A stretch of DNA of 61,108 nt, taken from positions 1 through 61,108 of IMG/VR virus record IMGVR_UViG_3300007512_000037; one strand, given 5' to 3'. This document shows positions 20,001 through 28,371 of this stretch, piece by piece. How positions within the stretch are numbered: position 1 is the first letter of the stretch; each line of letters opens with the position of its first letter. Under the pieces are notes generated by a model, which made no database searches, was not told the DNA's origin, and saw only the letters and a list, made by a program, of their open reading frames with translations. This DNA is from a virus. Lineage: Duplodnaviria; Caudoviricetes. A program made the position numbers and the translations under genes.

Positions 20001-20498
20001 AGTATAAACAGAAAAAGTGAGGAGGCTCAGCTTAAAGACTCAGGGGATAGGCTTATACAGATTGATCAACAAATAGCTAATGAGAGAATTCGTATTACTC
20101 AGCAAACAGCTAATACTATGAAAGAAACTTGGACTAGTGGGTTCGCTGATATAATTAAAGGTACTAAAACATGGGGGGATATGCTCTATGATGTTTTTGC
20201 CGGGATTATGGATCGCTTAAATAAATTAGTTATGGAAAGGGCTATAGAAGAATCTTTTTTAGGTAATCTATTTGATAGCATTGCCGGGTCTGTAACTAAG
20301 GGCGGCTTAGGCGGAGCGGATGGTATGCCTAGTTATTTAAGTCCTTCATTAAGCAAAGTGGGTGGCGGGGATATTCATATTAATATTGAAGGGGATGTAA
20401 TGGACCCCGAAGCTATGGTAGAAAAAAGAATGGCTCCGGCAATACAAAAAGTAGTTTATGATACTGGTAGAAAAACTAACTTATTCAAAGGAAATTAG
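14076..20498 (+). CDS. tape measure protein
   Basis: 2140 aa, helical, after chaperones; tape-measure core and hydrophobic stretch around aa 990-1300; C-terminal GGDIHINIEG. Confidence 0.92.
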   Translation: MTETHTIVVKADISDVKRQLRSLEDFAKRMEALKVDGKFDRNRVIEKQKGRVRILTREASNLLHIHEQIEETQGKINTQYKQALATVQAVRGPKHAHRFFQERVVNPETGKMNFQDIARGDTPTGVLKFKRGLTDEAKQAYRQAAEITSISALGNVDTYDKQLRTAKRKADRLFGSDVGSVTDSIDRMVSSVTEESFLRKGGVVANNRGNPVFPDPTKQLTNEQVVSMFKANNPQASKAALNNYLKRLDNDNYFSDEFGKGKTTAQVDYRVKQSEEAFKKAKGAKDLKHMEKLRGSLEQYSKKFMHPSLLDKVQRSLDKYDTAIRVRRDKVEAAATKAATRAAKVQLEQTHDRRMGELSGKSEKQVKSELKKSLKAEQKAAKTLEKYGTEKAKTALEQATLYRKGLTTLVANKEKEAQAVSKKQKSDAEASKVKRIVDRQRDLGNKFKVAVGKKDYADIRKVEAIAAQRGKFLAKDFPQEAAKYDALSANAQSKLEGRGLGVGGGAVPRGVIEQAAKLKSLSEANTAVQAQQARLRKATVALGKEDNDVNAQAVERERKSLDLLKGSQKEFRAQAVVRRNLFTSSLQEDVKTMSVQQLKNKLLRTEKEIKEQRTKTGTSRDSYDLAILKEHEKRKGIIEKGINAKERAVSNQKIQKQKDTTSLIDSEINRLKTKQRALKKEENTRKAITEATKQSAFASKAAASIVGRRDTLLSKGSSRTAAEGSELDGLEKRYGKLRGLESSFNNIVTKNQNARDRKAKQLLNQRGQRKRKQEADDKNRARFGRKVAAEESRLAKITATNLVGLRAEASKYRAEQNRITQELRKQYNAGEKLGIAQEDMIAKSQRLAKKEREVLNLIRAQEAAESSAASLREGKIAKAVSNRYQGVDTKVGAIYSRGAAGKSSFLPTVRTQRSISLLSKELALTREKLSVLNKTKETQRNTFLIQKKKNALLQLEASLVGRIGKLQKLQGRFWGEAQRSFTQFRQVFFTALIASATFVYPMMRLIRTAGEAEKALNALNRQARFSGIFGDRAQKTVANLDIVQKGLVSIGEAGKAVRNLMRMGFTFDEAVAAAKQITEISIENKQSALTLGQALVSTTEGFRQNLSVLADAGGITKNISQINKEYADSIGKTVAQLTKRERVMALQREISIEATLASGALESVMSTLAGSVDSTSGAFTIMQQKLGLELKPAIIYITKQLKEWIKSFSDTATGVGNVTSRIGVAIFAMTKFAAVIAILAANIFLVKGVLNSFAGAIAWIIPLLIKGGAVAGFLGSAAGPIALLGLAIAGLTYYIYSEIQAMEDLTKKNREAVRPIHLVKKAVNDLGREANKNQRDLADLKASVDAFKDTGEGVDQLKSKFLQLAEVQNSAFLTGMVNADNFGTKVDKVLGIVERRMKETMRLKALAERDLIRTEIKTKEEGLRSYGSSKGNFVRSNIIAAKVLDDENFAKLPGNFTSDDSQLLERFLQSTTPEELANLRSTDTKSRTGDRLLHMVMGLSDSAFGPNVANNIKKYFRLSSRPNSSPGYGPADPVPGSNRQYANRPKVLEVLYSLMERYTEEARQGEIKNLEELRSRLELTNKIIAGRVFKTSGLSSGEEVTEDTTKEDLETTLKKFKTFENLTAANLEMQTRLSITVNNLPKGTPKEKKSFYSSLIEALRGPDNEIELTREEISNLTEEEVEIAEQVKKLLIAREKVREAREKQDAKNSKRRDERLGRDLAAYSNLEDLVKDKGKEIKGLETEIKMQYEIQDLNEELNKAEEGGKASIQAQIQNLQRKQKLGRIVNKLMGEAIRHEDTTAEMTFYKDRKTEEQIKEHLKNVQALIAVKQKRLKLAKSLGVIDKQHIEILEKQISDREKEVKHYRAQLADKQVQNRAYTQILEKEKALNEKYRNRIIQVFERIKLRSQLSKLLEKAQTDPAKNRIKNKISTFDEKNRRGIQNLSDLKSYGIGGGIRELEAEKEAVDKLRERITKDTSINRKSEEAQLKDSGDRLIQIDQQIANERIRITQQTANTMKETWTSGFADIIKGTKTWGDMLYDVFAGIMDRLNKLVMERAIEESFLGNLFDSIAGSVTKGGLGGADGMPSYLSPSLSKVGGGDIHINIEGDVMDPEAMVEKRMAPAIQKVVYDTGRKTNLFKGN
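16068..16111 (+). repeat. 44-nt segment with inverted copy at 60933-60976
   Basis: 42/44 identity to reverse complement of 60933-60976. Confidence 0.9.
17893..17925 (+). repeat. 33-nt direct repeat, copy 1
   Basis: TTTTAGGCTCAGCAGCAGGCCCAATAGCTCTCC identical to 18620-18652. Confidence 0.9.
18620..18652 (+). repeat. 33-nt direct repeat, copy 2 (different reading frame)
   Basis: Identical to 17893-17925. Confidence 0.9.
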
Positions 20499-20500
20499 AT

Positions 20501-20899
20501 ATGGGCGTTCTCTCCCCCTATGTTACTAATCCTGGAGATTTTAAATGGAAGCCGAAGCACACTATTTCGGTGGATGAGGATATACCGAAAGTTTTAAGCA
20601 CTACCGGAACCAATGTTGTAAAAACCGCAATTATAGGTAGTGCGCCTGCTAGATCATGGGAGTTAGAGTTTGAGTGTAGTTTAGCTATTTATCAAGAAAT
20701 TTACACCTTTCTAAGGTCTAAGCGTTTCGGCGGTTTAGAATTTACTTGGAGGGACCAAGAAATAAATAAGCTCTTCACGGTAAGGCAGGCAGAAAAATTG
20801 AAAAGAAAGGTTTATTCAGATAACACAGATAACCAAGATACCCTAGCGGTTCATTTTTCTTTATCTCTAATCCAATCTACGGATGTTGCGACGATCTAA
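20501..20899 (+). CDS. distal tail protein (lambda gpM-like)
   Basis: 132 aa after TMP; RSWELEF and FTWRD patterns. Confidence 0.7.
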   Translation: MGVLSPYVTNPGDFKWKPKHTISVDEDIPKVLSTTGTNVVKTAIIGSAPARSWELEFECSLAIYQEIYTFLRSKRFGGLEFTWRDQEINKLFTVRQAEKLKRKVYSDNTDNQDTLAVHFSLSLIQSTDVATI

Positions 20900-22074
20900 T
20901 GCCTAAAGTTGACCCAGAAATTTCAGCCTATTTCCAAAACCATACGGTTAATATAAGCTTTTTTATGGAAATAGAAGTATCTGTAGGAAGCCCTAATATT
21001 TACTACCGTTACTGCATTAATAATTTCCCGCTAATAACAGATAGCGCTACTGTTAATTGGCTCCCTTGGCCTATTGATATAGAAGAGTTTTTACACCGAT
21101 TAAACGAAACCTCACATTCTGCAAGGGTTAATATTTTTGATCCTGCCGGTATCAATACTCCTGGGTCTATTAAGTCTTTGTTACAAAATGAGCAAATACT
21201 TAATAGGTCTACTTTCAGGATGTGGCTAGTACCTCTGGGCGTTAGAGATAATACTTTTACTACCTGTAAAATACACAGTACAGACCTAAATAAAGTGGTT
21301 AATTTTGCAGGTAATCCGGGGCTTGGGGTTACTGATCTTATAGAGGTAGGGGATAGTAACGGTAACTATGCCGGAGAAGTAATAGCTGTAACTATGAACG
21401 GTGCTGCCGAGGAGATAGAGGTAGATTACGGAGGTAACGGGCCTCAGACATTAAACCAAAACGCCACTATAAAAATACCATTTTATAAGGACAGGCAATT
21501 TTGGGTACAAATGTATGTAGGAAAATTGAATACCGCATCCCCCGGCGAGAGTGGGGTATCTATTGAACTACAGTCAGAGGTTGATTTTTTATCTGGGGAA
21601 ATTCCTAAAGTAACTTATAGCTATACCTGCCCGTATAATACAGGAGACATACATTGCAGTAGAATTACTTCTAATTTTGTTAAAAGTGCCACTTATGATG
21701 TTATTTCCGGGTCTGGTAAAACAATCACAGTAGACAATATACAACCTAGCGGAACGGTAGTCCCCCCCGCAGGGGCTACTGATTTAGCTTATTGGACAAT
21801 GGGGTTATGCACTTTCAAAACTGGGGGGCTGTCTGGTCTTTACAGGATAATCAGGTCTTGTGTTCAAAACGGTACGGGTTACGATTTAACTTTGGATAGG
21901 GCAATACCTGGTTCTATATCCTCTGGAACGGCAGAACTAAAACCAAATTGTAATAGGACTTTCAAAGACTGTAAAGATAGGTTTACTAACAATGTAAATT
22001 TCGATGGTAAGCAGTCTATTATTCGTAGTGTTGGAGGGCTTAATGTGCCACGTACAGAAAATTTTACAGGATGA
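20899..22074 (+). CDS. tail hub / minor tail protein (gpL / GTA BR0599-like C-terminus)
   Basis: CPY....C and CNRTFKDCKDRFTNNVNFDG cysteine motifs. Confidence 0.8.
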   Translation: MPKVDPEISAYFQNHTVNISFFMEIEVSVGSPNIYYRYCINNFPLITDSATVNWLPWPIDIEEFLHRLNETSHSARVNIFDPAGINTPGSIKSLLQNEQILNRSTFRMWLVPLGVRDNTFTTCKIHSTDLNKVVNFAGNPGLGVTDLIEVGDSNGNYAGEVIAVTMNGAAEEIEVDYGGNGPQTLNQNATIKIPFYKDRQFWVQMYVGKLNTASPGESGVSIELQSEVDFLSGEIPKVTYSYTCPYNTGDIHCSRITSNFVKSATYDVISGSGKTITVDNIQPSGTVVPPAGATDLAYWTMGLCTFKTGGLSGLYRIIRSCVQNGTGYDLTLDRAIPGSISSGTAELKPNCNRTFKDCKDRFTNNVNFDGKQSIIRSVGGLNVPRTENFTG

Positions 22075-22477
22075 GTTTTTAGGCAAGCCTTACGTTATAG
22101 GGGGCAGAGGGGATCAAGGCTTTGATTGTTTAACTCTTACTATGGGAGTTCTTAGCAGGTTCAAGGGCATAGTAACAGATAGAGAAGTGATTAAGAAATA
22201 TCGAGAATTCTACTCTTTCAACGATGTTAGGTTTTTATTTAAGGAAATGCAGAAACACTTAGAACTAGTTTGGAAAGGGTCTTACACTAATTTTAAGTGG
22301 CCGCCACTCAAACAGTTCGATGTTTTGATTTTCAGGGTAGAAACTATCCCATGCCACTTAGGTACTTACATAGGAAATAATGAAGTAATAACCACTACGC
22401 AAGATAGTTGTGTGCGTATTATATCCTTAACCGATCCTCATTGGTTTAAAAGGATATACGCACAGTTTAGGGGGTAA
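22043..22477 (+). CDS. NlpC/P60 tail assembly peptidase (gpK-like)
   Basis: GKPYVIGGRGDQGFDC and HLGTYIG catalytic Cys/His motifs; start taken at internal Met (track start 22004). Confidence 0.88.
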   Translation: MCHVQKILQDEFLGKPYVIGGRGDQGFDCLTLTMGVLSRFKGIVTDREVIKKYREFYSFNDVRFLFKEMQKHLELVWKGSYTNFKWPPLKQFDVLIFRVETIPCHLGTYIGNNEVITTTQDSCVRIISLTDPHWFKRIYAQFRG

Positions 22478-22479
22478 CT

Positions 22480-25400
22480 ATGCCCGGCGCAGCTACAGCA
22501 ATAATAGGCGGCCTAATGGCCGGAATGCACGTAGGTCAGTTAATTTGGTATGTATCTAGTAATGTAGCATTAAACGCTTGGACTAGGCATAGAAATAAGA
22601 AAAAGCCCCAAGAAATAGGAGGGCGGCAATCCTCAGCCCCTGGAACCAATGTAACTATAGGTGATCCTATAATAGTTGTATTTGGGGTAGTTAACACAGG
22701 CGGGACTTTGTTTGACTCCCTAACCCCATCAAGCGGGGCTTACCCGGTTCACGGCGGTATAGGGTATGCCTTGCCTAGATACTTTTCAGAGGGTATAGAG
22801 CTTATAGATAGAAACTCAATAGCTTTTGATGGGCCTCAGGAATCCTTAAACTATGCAAAATTAACTAAGGATGCAGAGAGTGGAGCAGCGGTTTATGATC
22901 AAACCGAAATCAGAAAAGCTTTAAAGTTCTCTAACGATTCCAACAAAAAAGCTAATAATTTAATCCTAAAGTTTTTTAGTAAAGGAGGTTTTAGTGCGGG
23001 GTCCACTGGGGATATTCTTACTCTTTATGAAAAAATTAATCCTGATAAAAACCCTTTTGTGGTAATACCGCAAGATAGGTATTCAAGAGGCGTACCAAGC
23101 GGAGGTTATGTAAGATCACAAGGATTTTATTTAGATTACTCTTTACCTCCTATAAACGGCGAACCTGCTACACAAATACAAAAAGGTGATATTCTTATTT
23201 TTTATACTGGTAGTGATTTTGTTACTAGGGAAGTTAACGCTGTTGTTTATCCTTATGTAAGAAAGGATTATAGTGGAACTCAGGCTGAGCCTCGATTAGT
23301 AGGTACTACCACGTTCCCAAATACAGTTTTGGTTATGTTCACTACGCCTGTGCGCAGGGATACTTTACAAAAAATAAGCCATGTATGGACTAATTACACT
23401 AAAATTGACGTACTTAGATTTAATGGTGTAACAAACCGTAACCCCGATTCTTTTTTAAGGTTCTCCCAATCAAATTATAATAATAATAATCATCTTGGCT
23501 GGCTTAGTGTAGAGGTTAGAGAGCCCCTCCCCACCACAGACCCTAACGTACAGGAAAAAATAAATAAGACTTCTGTATCTACTGTGCCTAGTATTGTAGG
23601 GTTAATTGCTGATGAGTCCATGCAAATGAGCGTAACTTTGCCCACAAACGCAAACAATGAAACTTTTGCGTTTAGGGTTTCGGGTATTAGCAAAATGTGG
23701 ACTAACCCAATAGCGATTATATATGAGATTTTAACTGATCCAGGTATAGGGCTTGGGCTTGATCCTAAAATTCATATTGATATGGATAATTTTGTAACAA
23801 ACTATAATAAATGCAAAGCCACGGATACTAGTTTAAAACCATCAGGGGGGGATGAGGCTTGGAGGTTCGGCGGTTATGTTTTAGCTAATGTTCAAGAAGC
23901 TAGGGAATACATACAAGATATTCTTAATCACATTCATGGAGACTATGTATGGGATGAAGAAGGAAAATTTAAAATTTTCTTGAATGCAGATGAAGACTAT
24001 ACGCAGTCTTTCACTCAAATCGACATGCGACACATTGTTAGATCAGAGGCTAGGAAAGGGGCTTCTATAGGTTCTTTAATGTTTAAAAGCTCATATACGG
24101 AAGCTAATGATAGGTATAACGAGCTAAACGTGCGCTATATAAAACCAGATAAGGAATTTATAGCAGACTACTTTTTGAAGCTGGTAGACCTACCAGATAT
24201 TACGTTTTCTGGGACTCGTAAAACTAAGAATATGGATTTGTTAGGGTTTATGGAAGATAAATATGCCAGCAAGTCAGCTAACATCCATATGGCTAGAAAT
24301 GCTTTAGAAGATGAGTTTTTTGAAATGGAGCTTAATACTTCTAGGGTAGAGATAACAGCCGGACAGATAATAGAGTTAGTAGCTTTTGATTCTGCGGAAG
24401 ATAACGCAAACATAGAAAGCCAGTATTTTACGGTTAACTCAGTAGAGTCTGATGCTGGGGATCATATTTTAGTCTTTGATGATTCTGAGAATGTACTTAC
24501 CCATGCAGAGATAGAAGCTGGTCAATCTATAGTTAAAGGGCCGACCGTAGGGCCAATAGGAAGACCCGCTAATACTTTTGGTAAACCTAAGATATCTTGG
24601 GGTAAAAACGAGGTTACTTTAACCTTGGATGTAGACCCTACAACTTTGGGGATAGCTGTAAATTCCTGGTTTTCGGTAACGTCCGGTGGTGTTACTAGAG
24701 TTCTGTGCTGTAAAGCTTTGGGCGGTTTTTATGGCGTAACTGCCGCTCTAAGGATTAATGAACTAAAGCCTGGGGATAAGGTAGAGTCTGGAGGAGAAAC
24801 CTTAATTATAGAAGAGGTTGGGCATAAAGAAACAGGAGAGTATTTCGCTAGAGTTACCGGAACTTTTACTACCCCTCCAGTAGGTATACCCGTAAACCTA
24901 AAAAGGCTTAATGGTATTAGACAACTTAAAGAAAGTGTTTTAGCTAGGATAATGGAGGTTAAAGTAAGCCCGGAGTTAAAACTTACTGTAACAGCTAGGA
25001 AAATAGCACCAGAGGCTTATGGGGCAGAAAACCTTAACTTTATCACAGCCTCCTCGCCTGATTATGTAATAAATGATAGCTTATTTTTAACTCCGGGCGC
25101 TCCGGCTTTTACTGAGTTTAAAATATATTCCGCACAAACACCCGCAGGCAGGGGAACCTATGAAGCTTTCGCACAGTTAATAGGGGTTTCTGGTACCAAT
25201 GTAAATAGAACTATAGTTACTATTTATGCTAAAGACTTGAATTTAATGCAGGAAGATCAGGTAGTATTTACTCAAACTTTATATAGAGGGCAAAGCTCTA
25301 TTACTGCTAATCTTAGTAGGGTAACTCAATTTCTAACTGAAAATAATGTTTCTTTTTATGCTTCTGCTATTAACTATAATGAACATAATTTAAGCTCTGA

Positions 25401-28362
25401 AATTGCTTATTCCGATGGTGCTGTAGAGGATGGCGGAGTAGGGGGTTTAGTAGAGTTATCTCCCGATGATTTACCACCAGAGCCGGGCGAGTGGGATTTG
25501 GCTTACTATGATTCTGAGGCCGGTGGTGTGGTATCCGGCAAATTCGGCAAAACGATAACTTTAGCAACTAAAAAATATACGGCTGAAATATACGCCGGAT
25601 TAGAAATAAGAACCTCAGACTCTAACTGGGGGTTAAAAGCCAATAACACAGCAGACGGAAATTTAGTAACTAGAGGTCCACAGCAATTATTTTTTGAAAT
25701 TAAGGAAAATTTACCTACTACTCGTAGTGTATCTTACTTTTTGAAAACTTATAACACCGAAGGAACTTATTCTACTTTAGCCAAAGAGCTTCAATTAGTA
25801 GACTCCCAGCCGGCCTTAATTCCGAGCGGTAATATAAGCGTTAAAGAAACAGGAAATGCTATTCACATAGATGTAACTCCTTACATTAGCGGGGCTTACG
25901 AAAACGATATAGTTGAATATATACTGTACGTGGAAAACACGGGGCAGCATATAGACGGGGCGCAAGCTTCAAACGTGTATATAGAAGTTGACAGAAAGAC
26001 TACCCCCCATTTCCTATACTCGGTTCCTTACTCTTTATTTACAGGAGAAACCTTTACAGGAAATATAAAAGTAGTGGCGGAAGACAGACTTACTCCTATA
26101 GTTGCCGATAACCAAGAACCATCAGCCGCTATAGTTGCGTATACTATGCGTAAAGTGGCTTCTGCTGATGTAGCGATTGACGCTTTAGCTTCTGATTTAA
26201 GTGATAATAAATTCCTATTGGCTAATTGGGGATCGGACGAATACCGGGATAATTTTGGGTATTCTTTGGCGGTTTTAAATGCTGATAATTTTTCACAGTC
26301 TATAACGCTTAAGGCATCTACTAACTATGTCTTATCTTTTGAAGCAAAAAAGACTAATGTAAATATAGGTATTACTGTGTCTGGCAGTAATAACGGATCA
26401 GTAACAACAAGCAATACCGGAAATTTCGAGTTATTAACATTTAAGTTTACGACTCCTGTAAGCACTGTTAATAACCAAACAGTATTTACTATTACGGGCG
26501 AAGGTAATATTAAGAAAATTATGCTAAATGAAGGTACGCATGCTATGGCATATACCCTTCATGCAGACGATCAGATAGATAATGCCAGAAACCGTGAACA
26601 CAAAAAACAGCTCGCAAACGAAGTGTTAACAATTCTGTCTAATATGCAGACAGTTAATACTGATGTTGATACAGAAAGGGCTAGGATTGATGTAGCAGAA
26701 GATAATATTAATCTTAGAGTTAAAGGGGATGATGTAATTAATTCCATTAATCTTAGCGAGGAGGGTATAGCTATCGCCGGTAAAGCTCTGATAATAGATG
26801 CGGTAACTAGGTTTATAGACAGTACTGGTACTGTTTATGGTGTGGTTCTGTCGGTAGATGCCGGAAACCAGACCATAGTCGTATACAATCAGGCTAAAAC
26901 TATATGGGCTTCCGGGTTAGGTACTATGGTTTCTTATGATACAGACGGGCTACAAGCTCCTAGTGGAGGCAGTTTTGATTACGGAGATTTTGTTATAGAC
27001 CCAGGCAACGGAAGAAAGGTTACTTTAACTGGGGTTACAGGCACTTTCCCGGCAGTAGGGGATTTTTTCACTAATGATGCTAACGATAAGGGGCAAACCA
27101 AGATTAGCGGAGGTAAAATTCAAACCGATGCTATTATTGCAAATCATATATTAGCCGGAGAAATAGGGGCGGAAAAGCTAGCTGCGGAAAGTATAACCAC
27201 CAATTTCCTAAGTTTAATAGGGCAGCAGAATATAATCTTAGACAAGGATAAGGGCATTCTTATCTTTGATGCTTCCGAGACTGCGACTGTTAATACCACT
27301 ATAACTACTCAAACTAGGTTTACTTTTTCTCAGAATTATGGGCTACAAGTAGGGGATTACTTTAAAGTAGAAAACGGGAATAATAAGGGACTGGTTTTAA
27401 AAATAACAGCGGTTAATGCGGGTAATTTTACGGCAGATTTTAACCAAGTGCCTAATGACTTCTTAGATAACCAGCCTCAACCACAGCACGAAAACGTAGT
27501 ATCCGTTACTTATTACAAGGCTGCTGGAAATAATTTTATACAGATAGGGTTAGACTCCGGTAATAAGGGCGTTATACATATCGGGGATGGTAATAGCTCT
27601 ACAAAACTAAGTACATCGGGGTTGGAGATTAAAGACGGTAGTTTAAAAGTAGGAGCTGGGCAAGATTGGTTACAGTATAATGGCTCAGAGGGTTTGTGGT
27701 TAGGAACTAATACCCCAAACGATTTTACTTTTGACAAAGGAAAATTTAGGGTTGATCTTGCTGGTAATGTACAGGCTAATAGTATCGATGTTGCAGCATT
27801 AAACCAATTTTTTGACGGTATTACTGTTTCCCAGAGTTTTGTGGATATTTGGAATAACCCAATGAGCGGGTACGACTATGTACCTGTTCTACGTACTGCT
27901 GTTAACTTACCCCCTGAGGTAGTACAAACATCGAATTTAAAAAGCATTTTTGTAACTACCGCCTTCCAAGTATCTATGAATACTAGTATAGTACGAGATG
28001 TTAGCCCTATTGACATAAGAATAACCATAGCTCAACCAGACCCTAATGCCCCAGAAGACATTATACCCGTTATAAGAACCGGCTTTGATGTAAATGTTAC
28101 TTTTCCTTATACTGGCGGGGTAACTTGGAATAATAGGGTGGTTACAGGTTTAATTAGCGGATCAATTACAGACGCTTTGCAAAACTATTCAGGGTCTAAT
28201 AATTTTGGTCAACTAAGTGATTTAACTCCGGGGCAAATGTATTTAATAAATTTTGACATCTTTCCTTTAAACCCCCCTCCTCCTTTATTAGCCATACAAC
28301 AAGTTCGAGTTTTTTCTGCTACCGCACACTTAAGGTTTCTAACTAAAACAGACTTAATATAG
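22480..28362 (+). CDS. tail tip / host specificity protein (gpJ-like)
   Basis: 1960 aa; WTNPIAIIYEILTDPGIGLG motif, beta-rich repeats, INSINLSEEGI and ANHILAGEIGAEKL segments common in tail tips. Confidence 0.88.
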   Translation: MPGAATAIIGGLMAGMHVGQLIWYVSSNVALNAWTRHRNKKKPQEIGGRQSSAPGTNVTIGDPIIVVFGVVNTGGTLFDSLTPSSGAYPVHGGIGYALPRYFSEGIELIDRNSIAFDGPQESLNYAKLTKDAESGAAVYDQTEIRKALKFSNDSNKKANNLILKFFSKGGFSAGSTGDILTLYEKINPDKNPFVVIPQDRYSRGVPSGGYVRSQGFYLDYSLPPINGEPATQIQKGDILIFYTGSDFVTREVNAVVYPYVRKDYSGTQAEPRLVGTTTFPNTVLVMFTTPVRRDTLQKISHVWTNYTKIDVLRFNGVTNRNPDSFLRFSQSNYNNNNHLGWLSVEVREPLPTTDPNVQEKINKTSVSTVPSIVGLIADESMQMSVTLPTNANNETFAFRVSGISKMWTNPIAIIYEILTDPGIGLGLDPKIHIDMDNFVTNYNKCKATDTSLKPSGGDEAWRFGGYVLANVQEAREYIQDILNHIHGDYVWDEEGKFKIFLNADEDYTQSFTQIDMRHIVRSEARKGASIGSLMFKSSYTEANDRYNELNVRYIKPDKEFIADYFLKLVDLPDITFSGTRKTKNMDLLGFMEDKYASKSANIHMARNALEDEFFEMELNTSRVEITAGQIIELVAFDSAEDNANIESQYFTVNSVESDAGDHILVFDDSENVLTHAEIEAGQSIVKGPTVGPIGRPANTFGKPKISWGKNEVTLTLDVDPTTLGIAVNSWFSVTSGGVTRVLCCKALGGFYGVTAALRINELKPGDKVESGGETLIIEEVGHKETGEYFARVTGTFTTPPVGIPVNLKRLNGIRQLKESVLARIMEVKVSPELKLTVTARKIAPEAYGAENLNFITASSPDYVINDSLFLTPGAPAFTEFKIYSAQTPAGRGTYEAFAQLIGVSGTNVNRTIVTIYAKDLNLMQEDQVVFTQTLYRGQSSITANLSRVTQFLTENNVSFYASAINYNEHNLSSEIAYSDGAVEDGGVGGLVELSPDDLPPEPGEWDLAYYDSEAGGVVSGKFGKTITLATKKYTAEIYAGLEIRTSDSNWGLKANNTADGNLVTRGPQQLFFEIKENLPTTRSVSYFLKTYNTEGTYSTLAKELQLVDSQPALIPSGNISVKETGNAIHIDVTPYISGAYENDIVEYILYVENTGQHIDGAQASNVYIEVDRKTTPHFLYSVPYSLFTGETFTGNIKVVAEDRLTPIVADNQEPSAAIVAYTMRKVASADVAIDALASDLSDNKFLLANWGSDEYRDNFGYSLAVLNADNFSQSITLKASTNYVLSFEAKKTNVNIGITVSGSNNGSVTTSNTGNFELLTFKFTTPVSTVNNQTVFTITGEGNIKKIMLNEGTHAMAYTLHADDQIDNARNREHKKQLANEVLTILSNMQTVNTDVDTERARIDVAEDNINLRVKGDDVINSINLSEEGIAIAGKALIIDAVTRFIDSTGTVYGVVLSVDAGNQTIVVYNQAKTIWASGLGTMVSYDTDGLQAPSGGSFDYGDFVIDPGNGRKVTLTGVTGTFPAVGDFFTNDANDKGQTKISGGKIQTDAIIANHILAGEIGAEKLAAESITTNFLSLIGQQNIILDKDKGILIFDASETATVNTTITTQTRFTFSQNYGLQVGDYFKVENGNNKGLVLKITAVNAGNFTADFNQVPNDFLDNQPQPQHENVVSVTYYKAAGNNFIQIGLDSGNKGVIHIGDGNSSTKLSTSGLEIKDGSLKVGAGQDWLQYNGSEGLWLGTNTPNDFTFDKGKFRVDLAGNVQANSIDVAALNQFFDGITVSQSFVDIWNNPMSGYDYVPVLRTAVNLPPEVVQTSNLKSIFVTTAFQVSMNTSIVRDVSPIDIRITIAQPDPNAPEDIIPVIRTGFDVNVTFPYTGGVTWNNRVVTGLISGSITDALQNYSGSNNFGQLSDLTPGQMYLINFDIFPLNPPPPLLAIQQVRVFSATAHLRFLTKTDLI

Positions 28363-28371
28363 GATATAAAT